The notes beneath the pieces are model-generated. The model did not search any database and was not told the DNA's origin. It was given only the letters and a program-made list of their open reading frames with translations. From the NCBI GenBank assembly GCA_964016885.1, contig OZ024740.1, positions 49,538,001-49,602,000 on the forward strand: a stretch of 64,000 nucleotides of DNA, written 5' to 3'. The translations under genes and the position numbers were made by a program. Of this stretch, positions 14,401 through 27,886 are shown piece after piece. The number at the start of each line of letters is the position of its first letter. Position 1 is the first letter of the stretch. Origin of the DNA: Eledone cirrhosa (Eukaryota).

Positions 14401-16576
14401 TTGACTAAACTGAGTCCATTACAAAACTGGTTTTTATATTAACTCCAGAAAAATGAAGTACGAAATCAATCTCGCCAAGCTTTGAACTCACATTGTAACC
14501 TATTGTCCCAGTGAACTGCCGCTCCACTACCTTTTGGTTTCTCATTCCAGTGAAAGCATAATTATTTGGAAATATAAAATATATTAGCTACATCCCACAT
14601 TGATTTTACTCCTACATTTGTGTCATCTCTTATATCCATCTTACTATATTAGTGATGTAACTATATTAACGAGTAGGGGTCATTATACTGGTAATAATTA
14701 TATTAGTCTCTTCATTATGCTTGTTATCTTATTATATTAATTACGTCACTGTGTTGGCTATATCATTTATATTAATTATAACATTATTATTTGATATGCC
14801 TCTCTAGGACAATGCTATATCAGTTGCATCATCGTAGTACCAACATAACTGCAATAATTCAATGCCTTCACATTATTAGCAATGCTAATTAATTAGCTTT
14901 AGAAGAAAAACAATAAAGAGTTATGATTTTACATGATCTAAGATATCTTGCAAACAGATAATGCTTGGAAACTGGGATATGCTTCCTCATACTACAACAA
15001 TCAATACATCTTAATACGGATGCTCGACCTTCTAGCTTATAGCAGCTAAATGACTCTCAAATCACACCGATGTGTCTTAAAGTGGGAAAGACACAGGATA
15101 ATGTAATCATAAATGTACTGTTTCTAAAAAAAATGAATGGTATTATTACGGCAGGATCACCTTCATTTATGAGTCAGCTTGGGGATAAATACCATTACCA
15201 TCAACAACAAAAAACTGGTAGCTGGAAAACAAATTCGTATTGTTTATTATCGGATGTAACACTTGTGAATTGATATCCTAGGTTAATTCCCCAATCATTT
15301 CAAATATCAATATGATGTTATTACACAGATGGTGGAAGTTGTTTTGAATTTATTACTGTATTTATAAACTATAATCATGATTGAGAGAGGTATAACATAT
15401 GATAAGTAAAACCACATATGTTTCCATGTTATTTTAATTAAAACAATGGTGAATAAAAATGGACCATACAATGGATAAAAAAAACGTATTATTTGAATTA
15501 TTGATTGCGAAAACTATTTCGCTTTGTACTTCATCTCATCCGAAAGTAGGCAAATATAAACAGAAAGTGCGCTAAGCCAAGTGAAAACTGGCAAGTTGTT
15601 AGGTGGTTTGCAGTGCATCGAACCATTTTCCACGCAATTAATTCATTTTGAATTAAACTTGTTCACAGCTAATGTACAGCCGTGAGATGTAAGGTTTTAA
15701 CTGAAATAAAACAGAACGTCTGTCGTCACATTTCTTCCAAGCGTAATATAAATAAAAATCTCTCTATGTGCAAGTCTGTGATCGATAAATATACACAATA
15801 TAATATTACTGAAGCGTGGAAATATAGCGTCTGCTTGCTAAAAAGCATAACCTGTTTTGCAGCTTCTGTTTCTCTGGATCTAATTAATATTATCCATTTT
15901 GATATTAAATGAGCTCTAGATGAAACTGTTTTGGAATTGTTTATTACACAATGCAGCTTTATAAGGAGTAAAAGCGAATTTATTCATAGTGATTTTATCC
16001 CGAAAGGAAAATAAAACAGCAAGTAAAATTAATAAATAAATGCAGCAATAACAACGAAAGCAACAGAAAAACTACAGACAGTGTTGGCGTAAATAGATTT
16101 TAGATGATATTTTAGGTATAGTTGGTTTAATGTTTGTGTATTAGTTTCTTATATTCTAAAAATCATTCGAAATCAATCCAAATTTCATTAACACGTTAAT
16201 ATAGCCTTAACGCATGTTAGATTACTTTACTTTATAAACAAACTTCAAATCAATAAAAACAACACTAGACGATCTCTTTTTCTCCATTGATTGAAGAGAA
16301 GCTTCTACTACATGTATTCCCGATATTGTATTTAAGAGACAAAAAGGTTATTTAACTGCATCAAAATATCAAATAAAAGAAAACGAATAAGGAATAACGT
16401 TGTAAAAGGAACTCTATGTAAGAAGATCTAATTGTAAAAAGATTTTGGTTATGTAAGAATTTGTTTATATATATATATACATAAATATATATATTATATA
16501 TATATATATATATACATAAATATATATATTATATATATATATATACATAAATATATATATTATATATATAAATATA

Positions 16577-16650
16577 TATTATAAAAAATTATAAAAAATT
16601 ATAAAAAATTATAAAAAATTATAAAAAATTATAAAAAATTATAAAAAAAT
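16577..16650. repeat. (TTATAAAAAA)n 10-bp tandem repeat, about 7 copies
   Basis: Directly visible. Confidence 0.9.
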
Positions 16651-16689
16651 AAACCAAAGAAGCCTTCAATACATCAAAAGTCTTTATTA

Positions 16690-16727
16690 GCCAACAATGT
16701 TTCGTCCTATTAAGGACTCATCAGGGC
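16690..16727 (-). ncRNA. Minimal type I hammerhead ribozyme motif
   Basis: Minus strand: gcc-CTGATGA-gtcct taat aggac-GAAA-c att g-TT-ggc, followed by AATAAA. Confidence 0.75.
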
Positions 16728-17375
16728 AAGTAAAGCTACAAGAAGCACTATCGGCCAATACAAGCCAAAAACTCAGAAGAATATGGAGTATACATCTATT
16801 AAAGCTTAGGAAAGATATTAAGGAAAAGTTGGCTAAGATTAAGAGTGATCAGTTACAAACATAGATATGGACCAAATAGCAAGGAAGTGATTAACATGTT
16901 GAACCCACATTGCAAATATTATATAATGCAAAAATTTGAAACACAAATGGTAATATAATGCGAGAATTACAGTACGATATAGAATATAATATAATATAAT
17001 AGATGGTGATAATAAAAAGCTTAATATATTTATATATATATATATATCTCAATACATATACACATTAGTACAAACACAAACTAACACTCATTAAGTATTT
17101 AAATATATATATATATATATTGTTTACAGTATAATATAATAAGGATAAAAATAAGAATAAAGATAAAAATAAAAATAAAAATAAAATATAATATATAATT
17201 CCCTGTCAGTGTGCATAAACAATATAGAAACATTATAATAACATTATAATAACAATATTATAATATATTGGCATCAAAAGATATACAACATTACATCATA
17301 TATATAATTCAAGGTTAACAAATAGTATAAAGTTTTATAGTGTGTTTAACTCAAACACACTCTAGTATTTTAATT

Positions 17376-17415
<40 letters not shown>

Positions 17416-17532
17416 ATATGAATCCAGTTCCTCAGTGAAATAATAACCCAACCAGGAACTGGGCATATCAGAGTATTGACAAAGTTATAGACCTCAACAA
17501 CATGTGTACTCGTCTCTACCATACTAATTCGG

Positions 17533-17587
17533 ACTGCCTGAAGAGGTCACAGCCAAAGATGGCTGTCAGCGAAATATATATAGCAGT
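17533..17587 (+). ncRNA. Minimal type I hammerhead ribozyme motif
   Basis: actgc-CTGAAGA-ggtc acagcc aaagat ggctgt cagc-GAAA-tatata-TA-gcagt, with AATAAA at 17588-17593. Confidence 0.8.
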
Positions 17588-17633
17588 AATAAACGAAGCC
17601 AAATTTTAAACATTTGACTTATTTATTTTATTT

Positions 17634-17672
<39 letters not shown>

Positions 17673-17817
17673 ATATTAATAAATGGAAACTATATTTATA
17701 AAACCATATTTATTTTATTATACATATTCCAAGGGCAACCAAGGCAAATTATGGGGCGCTTTCATCAGATAAAATACATATTTGTTTTATAAATAAATAT
17801 TGACATACCCGGAAAAA

Positions 17818-17944
<127 letters not shown>

Positions 17945-18468
17945 ATATATATATATACAGATATATATGTGTGTGTGTGTACTGTAATTATAGAGAAATA
18001 TGTGTTAATTATTCTACTGCGTATAGTAAAAATAGCAATTTAGACTCAAATAGATTTACTCTCCCGATTCATTATAATTGTTACTTCTGTACCGTGAAGC
18101 TCTCAAATCTGAATGAAGACAGTTTGCCTATCATCTTAAATTGTTTGATATATTTAATATATTTAATATATTTGTGGTTCTTCAGTTACCCTCCACTATA
18201 GGCGAGTTAACACCATACATGTAGCAGAGATAAAAAAAAATTAATTAATTAAAAATGTTTATGTAGTAGGGAGATGAGAGCATTAGCTCAGAAACTAGTA
18301 TCATTTTATTCTGACTTTGTTAAGTACGGGCAATAATTTTTAAATTGTTTCAGTCTTATTAGACCTTATCAGCGAATGATAGCTTGCTCATGAACATTAT
18401 CATGCATCAATATGGAAACGTGTCCATCAATATGGAAATGTGTTCAGAGTTATTACCAATACTAAAAT

Positions 18469-20556
18469 GTGATTCGGGCACTTTCTAGAGGATGGATTAC
18501 TGCAATGCACAGTGACACTTGCTCAGTGTTTAGAGTAAACCGCCACCTGTTCCCTCTTGTCTCTGTTGTATTGACTCTTGATCCATTTCAAAAATTGGAG
18601 TGGTTAAAAGGTATCCCACATGATCTAAAATGTGGGAGATCTGTGTCAGCATATGCCGACGATGTCAGCGTAGTGGTGTAGAGCAGTAAACAGCTTTCGA
18701 TAGTGTCGACCATCGATACCTGGAGGCTATCCTCAAGGCAGCTGGCTTCGGTCCCGTCTTCAGAGGTTGGATCTCTGCAATGCACAGCGCCATGTGCTCA
18801 GTGGTCAAAGTTAATGGCCACCTTTTTGAACCGTTTCAGATCTCCTGCTCGGTCCGTCAAAGGTGCCCTCTCTTCTCCCTTCTGTACGTATTGAGTTTCG
18901 TGCCTTTACTACGGTAGCTGGAGCTGATACAGGGCATTCCGCTCGACCGGGACGCGGAAAAGCTATGTCGGCTTATGCGAACGACATCCCCGTGATGGTG
19001 TCGGAGACCCCGGAAATCGAGGTGGTTGGCACCTTATTGGAGGAATATGAAAGATTGACGGGAACGAAATTTAACCCGGAAATGTCGTAGGGCTTGCCGC
19101 TCGGCACCTGGAGAGGCAAGTCCATGCCGTCCAACAGCGTCGTTGGGCGCTGGACGTTTGGTTTGGGACAAGACCTCCAGGTGGATAAGAATTGGAACGA
19201 GGTTCCGATCAGGGTAGCCACTCCCATCCAGAAATGGGCCGAGGAGGCTGTCCCTAAAAGGTCGGGTGGAGCTGGCGAACGCGTACATCGCATCCATCAT
19301 CTAAAACCGCCTGATTCGTGCCTTGCCCTCGTTCGTGGATCGTCAAATTGGAACGGCTCCTCTTCAACAGGTTCCGTTGTTAAGGTGGTCCAGCTGCTGC
19401 TAGCGCCTTCTACGTGGAGGGCTGGGTATGCCGTAGCTAATCATGCGCAAACATGCACTGAGTCTGTGGCATCTCCAGATATTCTGCCTCAACGGTGAAC
19501 AGGTTTAGTTGCCGTTTGTCAGACCGGCCTTTCCGCAGCTCGTCTCTTTGACAGAGCTGCAGTTCTGGGTCAAGAAGAGACCATGACTGGGTGCCTGGCA
19601 TCTGGAATGTTGCCAGGCGCTCACTGCCCGCTACAAGGCGGGCAATGTGGTCAGTGGAACTTCCACTCTTGAGTTCTATACAAGATTAGTGGTGGGCAAT
19701 TACGACGACGCACTCGGAGAGGCTCTGGGCGTCGATGAAGTCGAACTGACCAGTCTGTTCCGGAGGACTCTCAAGCCGGGGACAATGGATAATTTCCAGA
19801 AATCTCTCGCTTGGCAGTGCTACGGGGGAGGGGAGGGAGGCACTGCCGGTTCAAGATAAATTCTACAGGCACGGAAGTACTGTCAGACAGACCTGCCTGA
19901 GATGCGCGGAGAGCGACGAAACCGTTCTTCACGCACTCGTCCAGTGTCCGTGCATTACTGACTTGTGGAGTTATGTCGAACAGCTGTTGTCGCGTGTAGA
20001 ATGGATCCAACTATCGGCCGAGTCCATAGTGAAGATCGATCCGCCGCCTTCTTTTCAGCAGTCAATTTTCTTCTGTCTAGTGGCAGTAGCTAAAGAGGTC
20101 GTATGGTGGACCAGGTTCAAAGGGCTGAAGACAGACGCTTTTTTCTTCACCCAACACCTCATCAACGTTTTCAAGTTTCCCTTGGAAAGGAAGGTGAGGG
20201 TCGAGAGGGAAGTGCTGCCCCCCCCCCCCGTATATAAAAGGTGGGTGATTGTGGTGAGAAAGGCCATGTTAATGGGCCTACTCTGAGCTTCCGCCTATAG
20301 GCTGGTTTATTTGAGGGGGATAGGGGTGCTTTTCCCGGGTGCCATCGAAACGTTGGGTGGTTCAGGATTGGTGGGGTACTTGAGTCGCCCCTGGGTGGTT
20401 ATCCCCGCTATTGGGGAATTTTCATTGTTATATTTTTATTGATATTTTGTTATTGTTATTTATATTTTTTACACGTTTTATATGAAAAAAAAACCCATTG
20501 TCCCTGTCTTTTGTATTGACCCCTATATGTTGGCCTCGTAGCCAATAAAGAAACGG
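18469..20556 (+). mobile_element. Older 5'-truncated Tx1-clade LINE, related to the 27.6-39.4 kb copies
   Basis: SAYADDVSVV, LGTWRGKSMPSNSVVGRW, MDNFQKSLAWQCY and AKEVVWWTR fragments, with stops and frameshifts. An RT segment is locally duplicated (18469-18700 vs about 18750-19010). The 3' UTR ends gccaataaagaaacgg before (CTA)n. Confidence 0.9.
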
Positions 20557-20688
20557 CTACTACAACTACTACTACAACTACAACTACTACTACAACTACT
20601 ACTACTACTACTACTAGTAGTAGTAGTAGTAGAAGTGGTAGTGGTAGTAGTAGTAGTAGTAGTAGTAGTAGTTGTAGTAGTAGTAGTA
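20557..20688. repeat. (CTA)n followed by its complement (TAG)n
   Basis: Directly visible; the strand flip is near 20615. Confidence 0.9.
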
Positions 20689-21717
20689 TGTATTTCCGAA
20701 TACATGACAGAAAATGTGCTATATTCTGTCTTATTGAAGTATGCAGCTATAATGGCATGAGCTTCTCTTTCTTCCTCTCTCTCTCTCTCTTTCTCTCTCT
20801 CTCCCTTTCTCTCTTCCCCCCTCTTTCCCTCTCTCTCACACACACACTCTCTCTCTCTCACATACACACAGACACACACAATAAAACGCTCGCTTTGACT
20901 TTAATATTAAGTGAGAGAAAATGCTTGGTATTTCTCATGAAAGAATTAATTTTGCAAGAGAAATGTCTATTTCATCGTTTGATGGAATCTACAGCTTATT
21001 AAAAAAACCTCCGCTTCGTTGTCATTAATCTCACTTTAGAATAAAAGGCATGCCAAGATTTTCCTTTTCATGTGGTACATCAACTCCATTAAAAAAAAAA
21101 GATTTAAGATTGATTAATCAAATGGAATTAATCAATATTCTTTTGTTCTACAAGCGATGTGATTTTCCATCGAAAGATCACTGCCATCTCTTAAGGTTTC
21201 TGGTCATTTTCAGTATTTAATATAACCGAACAATTTAACATAGATGCAATCTGAGAAGAAATTCCTACTCAATGATTTAACCATTTAGTGTCCACATAGC
21301 TTTTAGCTTTAAGCGTCACCAGTGTTAAGAAGATTACTTTACCCTACATTAGTAGTGCATGTGCATTATTGAACTGTAGTGACATTTTGAAATCAAGACT
21401 ATTGTTAACGCCAGGTGTTGCACTTTCACCTCCAGTGTTTTTGTGCGTGCATGTGAGTATACATACACACACATACACACACACATGCTTACGCACGTGC
21501 ACAAGTATAGCTCTTTTTACAAAACGTTTTTTTTTTCCATTTCAGGTAGATGCACTCCATCATCCACTTTTCTAAAAAAATAAATCATACACAAAACACC
21601 AGCACCAACAGTTTTGCAAGAGATGTCAACATGAATGGACCTGTTATTTTTATCTAAAGATATTTTTTTTCAACTCCAATCCGCCCGTCCCCTCAATCTA
21701 TCTTATTTCTCATTCTT

Positions 21718-21753
21718 TTTTCTGATGAAGGACTAGCGTCCGAAACGTTAAGA
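21718..21753 (+). ncRNA. Penelope-LTR-type minimal hammerhead motif
   Basis: CTGATGA-a-ggac tagc gtcc-GAAA-cgtt, the same layout as the motif at 63021. Stem I is weak. Confidence 0.6.
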
Positions 21754-21853
21754 CCCTCTTCCTGCTATATCAAGCGTTAACCTAATATATCTCTTCCATA
21801 TACTGTACCGATTGTGTTGTTATTTCTGTTTACCTTTTACATACATATATATA

Positions 21854-21943
<90 letters not shown>

Positions 21944-24069
21944 CGCGCGTGTGCGCGTGTGTGTGTATGTGTACATTCTGAGTGTGTTCGTGTGCGTATG
22001 TGTGTGTATGTGCGAGTGTGCGTACGCGTGTGTGCTTTGAGTGTGTTTGTGTGTGTGTGCATGTGTGTGTATGTGTGTAGACACTATTAACGCTCTTGTT
22101 TAGCACAATAGAATCATTTAAAAATAATTGACCGAGGCAATGACAGTGTCCATAACGTGAGTAGGTCCTCCCGACTGGTGAAGCTAATGTGGGTTATGTT
22201 CAGTTTTAAAAGCTTGAAGTTAATATATTCAGAAAAATTATGGGTGAAATTCCTCCTGCTCAGAATGTATTCCCACTGGGTGACGGTCTGGGGTACACAC
22301 ACATTTTATAAGTGATGAGAGCAAGATACACCATTATGTCGAGTAGTCTTGGATGGAGGCCGTTTCCAATTAATTAGTTCAGAGGAAACAATGAGGATAG
22401 AGTCTATATGTGAGTTACATATTTGTGTAGCATGTTAGTTAAGGAGTAACTGTCTTTTCGATGCAATCTTGGATATTTGTGTTTGTCTAGTAAGAGCGCC
22501 GTCCCAGTGCCCTAGTGTGCGTTTTACTTAGGGTTTGTAAAATGTCGTTACCTGATCACAGTTGAAGTATTTTAGGATTCTAAAGAAAAAGACTTATTTT
22601 TGGAAGTCAATTATTTTCCAAGTTTGTTGCGTTTATGTTATGAATACAAAATCACAGGAAAGATGGCAGTTGATTCTCATTTCAGCCATTACATCTTTTC
22701 TTCATACATGCAATTTCTGACCGTAGACACCGTTAACCATTGTTCTAACAGGCAGACTTTACTGCCATCTTTGATTGTAAAGTTACTCGATATGTGCATT
22801 TAATTTATATAGTATATAAGTTAGATAAGTAGAAAATACGTAAACTCATAGAGAAGTGAGAAAAATATACGATTGAAATATTTATGTCTCTCACTTGAAA
22901 AGATGTTTGCTAAAACGATTTTGTAAAACAGGATTGATAAACAACAACTTTAAGATTAAAAATGTCGATGCACATATATTTACATAGATAGATAGATGAA
23001 ATAAATACTGATATTTTAGACATATTTAAATTAAATGTTGCACTTTGGAATCACGGAGAATGTATACAAATATCTAAGCATCACGTTTTAGTTGCAAAAG
23101 GAAAGATCTGAAAAATAATCTTTCCACATTTTGACTTTATTATCAATAATTCCTAACTGAAGCGGAAGAGAGAGAGAGAGAAAGAGAGAGATAGAGAGAA
23201 AGAGAGAGGGAGAGAGAGAGAAAGCAAGAAAGAGAGTGTATATGATTCAAAGTGATTAATGAGGTGACTTTTACATTAGTTTGAAGTGTTGTTATTGTTA
23301 TTGTCATTGTTGGTGATGTCTAGTTTTTAATCAGACTTGTGAAAGCAGACATATGATCAAAGACATTCCAACTTTGACCATATCATCTATTATTTAAGAT
23401 ATTCTGTATCTGATAATGACACAGGTTGTTTTGGCTGCTATTTCTACGAGGACGAGCGATCATATAGAGGCTCTGCTATTGATACAACTGTGTGATGTTA
23501 AAATGTGTGGTATGTGTAGTAGATTGACAGAATTAGTAGAGCGATGGACAAATTCGGCTGAGGTATTTAATTACAAGCGAGGTTGGTTTCTGTTTCTATC
23601 CTTACGGAGGCGATAGAATAAAGTATCAGTCATTTGCCGTGATTGATATCATCATCTATAACCGCCACCATCCAAAATTACTGAAAATGTGTCTATGTAA
23701 CGAATCAATTATGATATATAACATAGACTCACGACCATACATATTTTAGGAGGGTTTAACTTTAGTCACATCGATCCTCCAAAACCTGACTGAAACCTAA
23801 TTTTATTGGCCCCAGAATGATGAAAGGCAAAGACAACCTCATCGGGATATGAAAATCATAGAAAAAGATGGAGTTAAGCTCAGCAATACATTTTGTTTAT
23901 CGCTTTATCGACACAACCACCCGGTTTCCAGACGTCGATATTAATAAAAGACCTTGTCAAATGCGTATAAGAATTCAGAATTCAAATGAATAGAAACACC
24001 TCGCATTATTTCCTCTCTCACCTATATAGAAAGAAGCCAAGTTTTCAAAAAGCGAGACGAAAGAGATTG

Positions 24070-24920
24070 CTCCAATTGTTGAGGGATCTCTTTGTTAAGC
24101 CTCCCCGGTAAAGTCTAAGCCAATTGTCTGGCAAAGAGAGATACGAAGATTGTCGAGTCCAAACTAGCTGGATAGCAGTGTGATTTTCGCCCCGGACGCA
24201 GCACAGTCGAATAAATCTTCACACTGCGGCAGGTCGTCAAGAAATCACAGGAGTACTGCCAAGAGGTGTATTCTTGCTTTGTAGACCTTGAAATCGCTTA
24301 TGACAGCGTTCCACGAGATATGCTGTGGAAGGTTCTTTAGGAGTATTGGATCGATTATCAGCTTCTTGTTACCCTGATGTCTCTATACGAATGCCCGAGT
24401 ATTTGTGTTCGGATAAATGGTGCTAAATTGAAAGCATTAAGTGTGGGAGTCGGACTCCACAAAGGCTGCGTACTGTCACCTCTCTTCTTCATTATTGTGT
24501 GCACTCTACACGTAAATGGAATTCCACTGAAGCAAGAGGAGAAGTTCGAGTATCTCGGGGTCGTGTTCGACTGATGGAATTGAGAGATCACAGCTTCGAT
24601 ACTATAGGCATGTGGTTAGAATGTTTCAGGAAATAATCGCTGGACAGATTTTACGAGTAAAGCCAACTGGCAGGAAACCCAGGGGTAGACTCTGAGAAAG
24701 ATGGTTGGATAACATCCATGAAATTGACTGGTCTCGCTTGTGGAAACGGTTGCTTCTGACATGACCCGCTGGAAGGAGTGTTTGAGGAGTCTGCCTCCAC
24801 AACCCTCTCAGGAATAAGTGGCAGAAGAAGAAGAAGAAGAAGAAGAAGAAGAAGAAGAAGAAGAAGAAGAAGAAGAAGAAGAAGAAGAAGAAGAAGAAGA
24901 AGAAGAAGAAGAAGAAGAAG
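24070..24920 (+). mobile_element. Degraded, internally deleted RTE/Expander-like LINE (RT and 3' end) with a (GAA)n tail
   Basis: FRPGRSTV, CFVDLEIAYDSVPR, VGLHKGCVLSPLFF and EKFEYLGV motifs; (GAA)n at 24824-24920. Confidence 0.85.
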
Positions 24921-24926
24921 GTAAAA

Positions 24927-24996
<70 letters not shown>

Positions 24997-25061
24997 TACG
25001 TGAACCACTCATAAACATTTCTTCGCTCTCATCATAGCAAATAAATATATATATATATATA

Positions 25062-25379
25062 TTAGAATTGGTGCTCTGAAATAGCAATGTGTACATGAAT
25101 GTATATATAGTATGTTTGGCAATATACTGTATGCTTAATTAAAAATATTTTGAAGACCTTGCGCTATTATTTTAAAGTAGTGACTTTTTTCAACAAACAA
25201 AGGGAGATAAACTGATAGATCTGTTTCATGCTGTTGGTAATCATCAGAGCTTAGCACTCGCCTTTGCCTGTTGAAAAAAGAAGTAAGTGACATAGTCACT
25301 ACTTTAAAATAATAGCGCAAGGTCTTTAAAATCTTTTTAATTAAGCATACAGTATATTGCCAAATATAGTATATATACA

Positions 25380-25385
<6 letters not shown>
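25062..25385. mobile_element. Fold-back cassette (about 90-bp inverted arms) enclosing a degenerate hammerhead; same family as 55978-56450
   Basis: tgaatgtatata...tttaaagtagtgact (25097-25185) is inverted at about 25294-25384. Minus-strand motif agct-CTGATGA-t..t-GAAA-cagatcta-TC-agtt at 25210-25251. Flanked by (TA)n. Confidence 0.7.
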
Positions 25386-25450
<65 letters not shown>

Positions 25451-25537
25451 ATAATAATAAAATTGAAGACTAAAATCCAAAGAGGGCTCGATAAGGAAAA
25501 TATATATCAAATATATAAGAACCATAGAGCAAATATT

Positions 25538-25654
25538 TATTAAAATAACAGATTAAAGTTTAAGCAAAGAATCGCTGCTTTCACCCTTAACGGGTTTCAG
25601 AAGATCCCGTTAAGGGTGAAAGCAGCGATTCTTTGCTTAAACTTTAGTCTGTTA

Positions 25655-25662
<8 letters not shown>
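25538..25662. repeat. 57-bp inverted repeat with an 11-nt spacer, containing a hammerhead-like half
   Basis: Arms 25538-25594 and 25606-25662 differ at one position. The centre reads cAGAAGA-tccc gttaa gggt-GAAA. Confidence 0.85.
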
Positions 25663-25702
<40 letters not shown>

Positions 25703-26187
25703 TGTTCTGCTAGAGAACAGGTCGCAGGTGGCGCATAGCTGTACGGTCACCAGATATGATGACTAGTTGCGATATAAGCGGACACGTGCCTAATGAATAA
25801 GCAATCCCGAACCAATCGCGGTAAACCACTATGGGAGATGGAGCAATGGGCGACACATTTAGTTACCAAGAAAACTCTAAATCACAATGGTGTAGCTCTG
25901 ACGCGGTGAGTAGAGGCCTCATCTAAAAAGACCTAATCTTCGTAGGTTTGAGAAAAGTACCAGATTGGTTACTGGCGCGCATAAGAAAACAACAAAAAAC
26001 ATTGCAATGCAGCCAAACACAACAATTACATGTCCTTCGCAGAGATTAACAATGGACGCGTTCATGCCTTTGGTAGAGGGGCCTGTTCAAAAACTATTTT
26101 GCCCACTTCATCACATGATGTAAAAACAGGCGATGGGCTTGCGACCTGTCCAGGGAAGACTTCTGTTCTAGTAATGGGTCCTCTATT

Positions 26188-26990
26188 ATGAGCACCTTCT
26201 TCCAGCACAAAGACATCCATAATTATACATGGTGTAAGGTGAATCAGAGACAAAGATCAATAACTGATTTTGTTATTTCCTCTGATCTTTTCGATTTTGT
26301 ACTGGATATTCGTGTTGAGAGGCTGAGCTGTTACCATCTAGTTAGCTGTAGCTTGACACTACATACTTGTTTCTACATTTGGCACAAGGCCAGCAAATTA
26401 CCCAGTACATTACTGGTACTTAATTTTATCGACCCCGTAAGGATGAACGGCAAAGTTCACCTCGGCGGGATTTGAATTCAGTTCATAAAGGGACGTAGAT
26501 CTTTGCTGGAAAGTATGGCGTCCGACTCTCTACCGATACTACCAATCCAGAGACTACATAATGCTAAGGAAGCCGGCAAAACTGCCTCGTCCAGGTCTAC
26601 CTACAGAATAAAGTGGGAAGCTCTGGTGGTTAAGGAAATCAGGAAAAGGTATACGGATACGACTGCACCCAAATTCAAAGAACTCTGAGCAATTGAAGAC
26701 GTTGAAACCGACGTAGAAATCGGCAGGTTCTGCTTCAGGTGTTAAATGATGTGGGCGAAAGCAGCGTGGTGTGGTGCAGGGTGGCACGAGGACCCATTGC
26801 TTTAATCAAGACGTCAATGATGCCATCCAAGTAAAGAAGGTGGCTTACAAAGCTTGGCTTGGTAATAACACCTTCTTGCATTTGCTGTACAAGCAGGCGC
26901 GAAATGTCCTAGCAGAAGCAGTAAAAGATTATGACATGAGAAGACTTTGGGTTAAGCTGGAATCCGACTTCAGATCAGCAAATATAGTGT
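26188..26990 (+). mobile_element. Degraded APE-endonuclease region of an RTE/Expander-like LINE
   Basis: TFFQHKDIHNYTW...RSITDFVISSDL...VLDIRVER (APE C-terminal motifs), followed by linker fragments. Interrupted by a SINE. Confidence 0.7.
26366..26552 (-). mobile_element. tRNA-type SINE, same family as 8457-8639, nested in the LINE
   Basis: ggcacaaggccagc...ttttatcgaccccgtaaggatga...; candidate TSD actacata at 26358-26365 and 26553-26560. Confidence 0.8.
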
Positions 26991-27593
26991 TCGACATCAA
27001 AATTATGGAATATATAGCCTAACTGATCAGGATTTGATCTCAGAATACAAGCCGTGAAGTAACCAAATGCCATGCAATATTTTTCCGACGCTCTCATGAT
27101 ACAAGCACTCACTGCTATGCTTGTTTATTTTAAATATCTTCAGAGCTGAGTGTTTGTTTGTCAGTAAGAATGAATGTAGGGGAATCTATATGAACACTAA
27201 AACACCGCGAGCGTATTGTCTGTACTAAAGCTAAAGTATCTGATTTGATAGCTTCTAGAAATCAATATTTGCCTGAAAAAATAATAAAGGCAGAAAAGAA
27301 TAAAAGGTGACTAAGTTCAGCAATACAAGAACATTTAGTATTTCTAAAAAATCATTTCACTCATCTTAGACAGGGCACAGATGAGTTGATTTTCCAATAG
27401 ACTAATTTAAGATTAGCAACATAACATCTTTTGATCAATAACGAATCCATCCAACGTCTTTACAAGTGGCACATTTGTAATGAGGAAAAATCAAATTCTA
27501 CTTTAGTCGATCGTATGACTTCACTTATGTGTGCAAAACGTTACGGTGGTTGGAAGAATAAATCTCTGCTGATATTAAATATAGCAAATACAC

Positions 27594-27597
<4 letters not shown>

Positions 27598-27642
<45 letters not shown>
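27598..27642. repeat. (AAT)n tract at the 3' end of Tx1 copy 1
   Basis: Directly visible. Confidence 0.95.
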
Positions 27643-27643
<1 letters not shown>

Positions 27644-27886
27644 TTTTCTTTATTAACCACAAGGGTTCACATAAAGTAGACATTAAGGACAGTACAGGAC
27701 AATACAGGACGGTACAAATGGGCATTTCTGCGTGTAAAAAAAACAGAGGTTGAAATAAAATAACAAAGAAAAATTCCCCAATAGGGGGGAGACTTCCAAG
27801 GGACATTTGTGGAGAAAGCCCATTAAAAGACCACAGTGGCACTGACCACCAGGGCAAGTGCCCTCTCCCAGTTTTCCACCTTTAAT

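Noticed and set aside
21525-21560. Polypyrimidine tract plus CAG as a host exon acceptor
   Set aside because: No credible downstream exon or donor. Small host exons cannot be excluded without RNA data.
22114-22560. Possible ancient Penelope RT fragment on the minus strand
   Set aside because: Only faint resemblance; no intact diagnostic motif.
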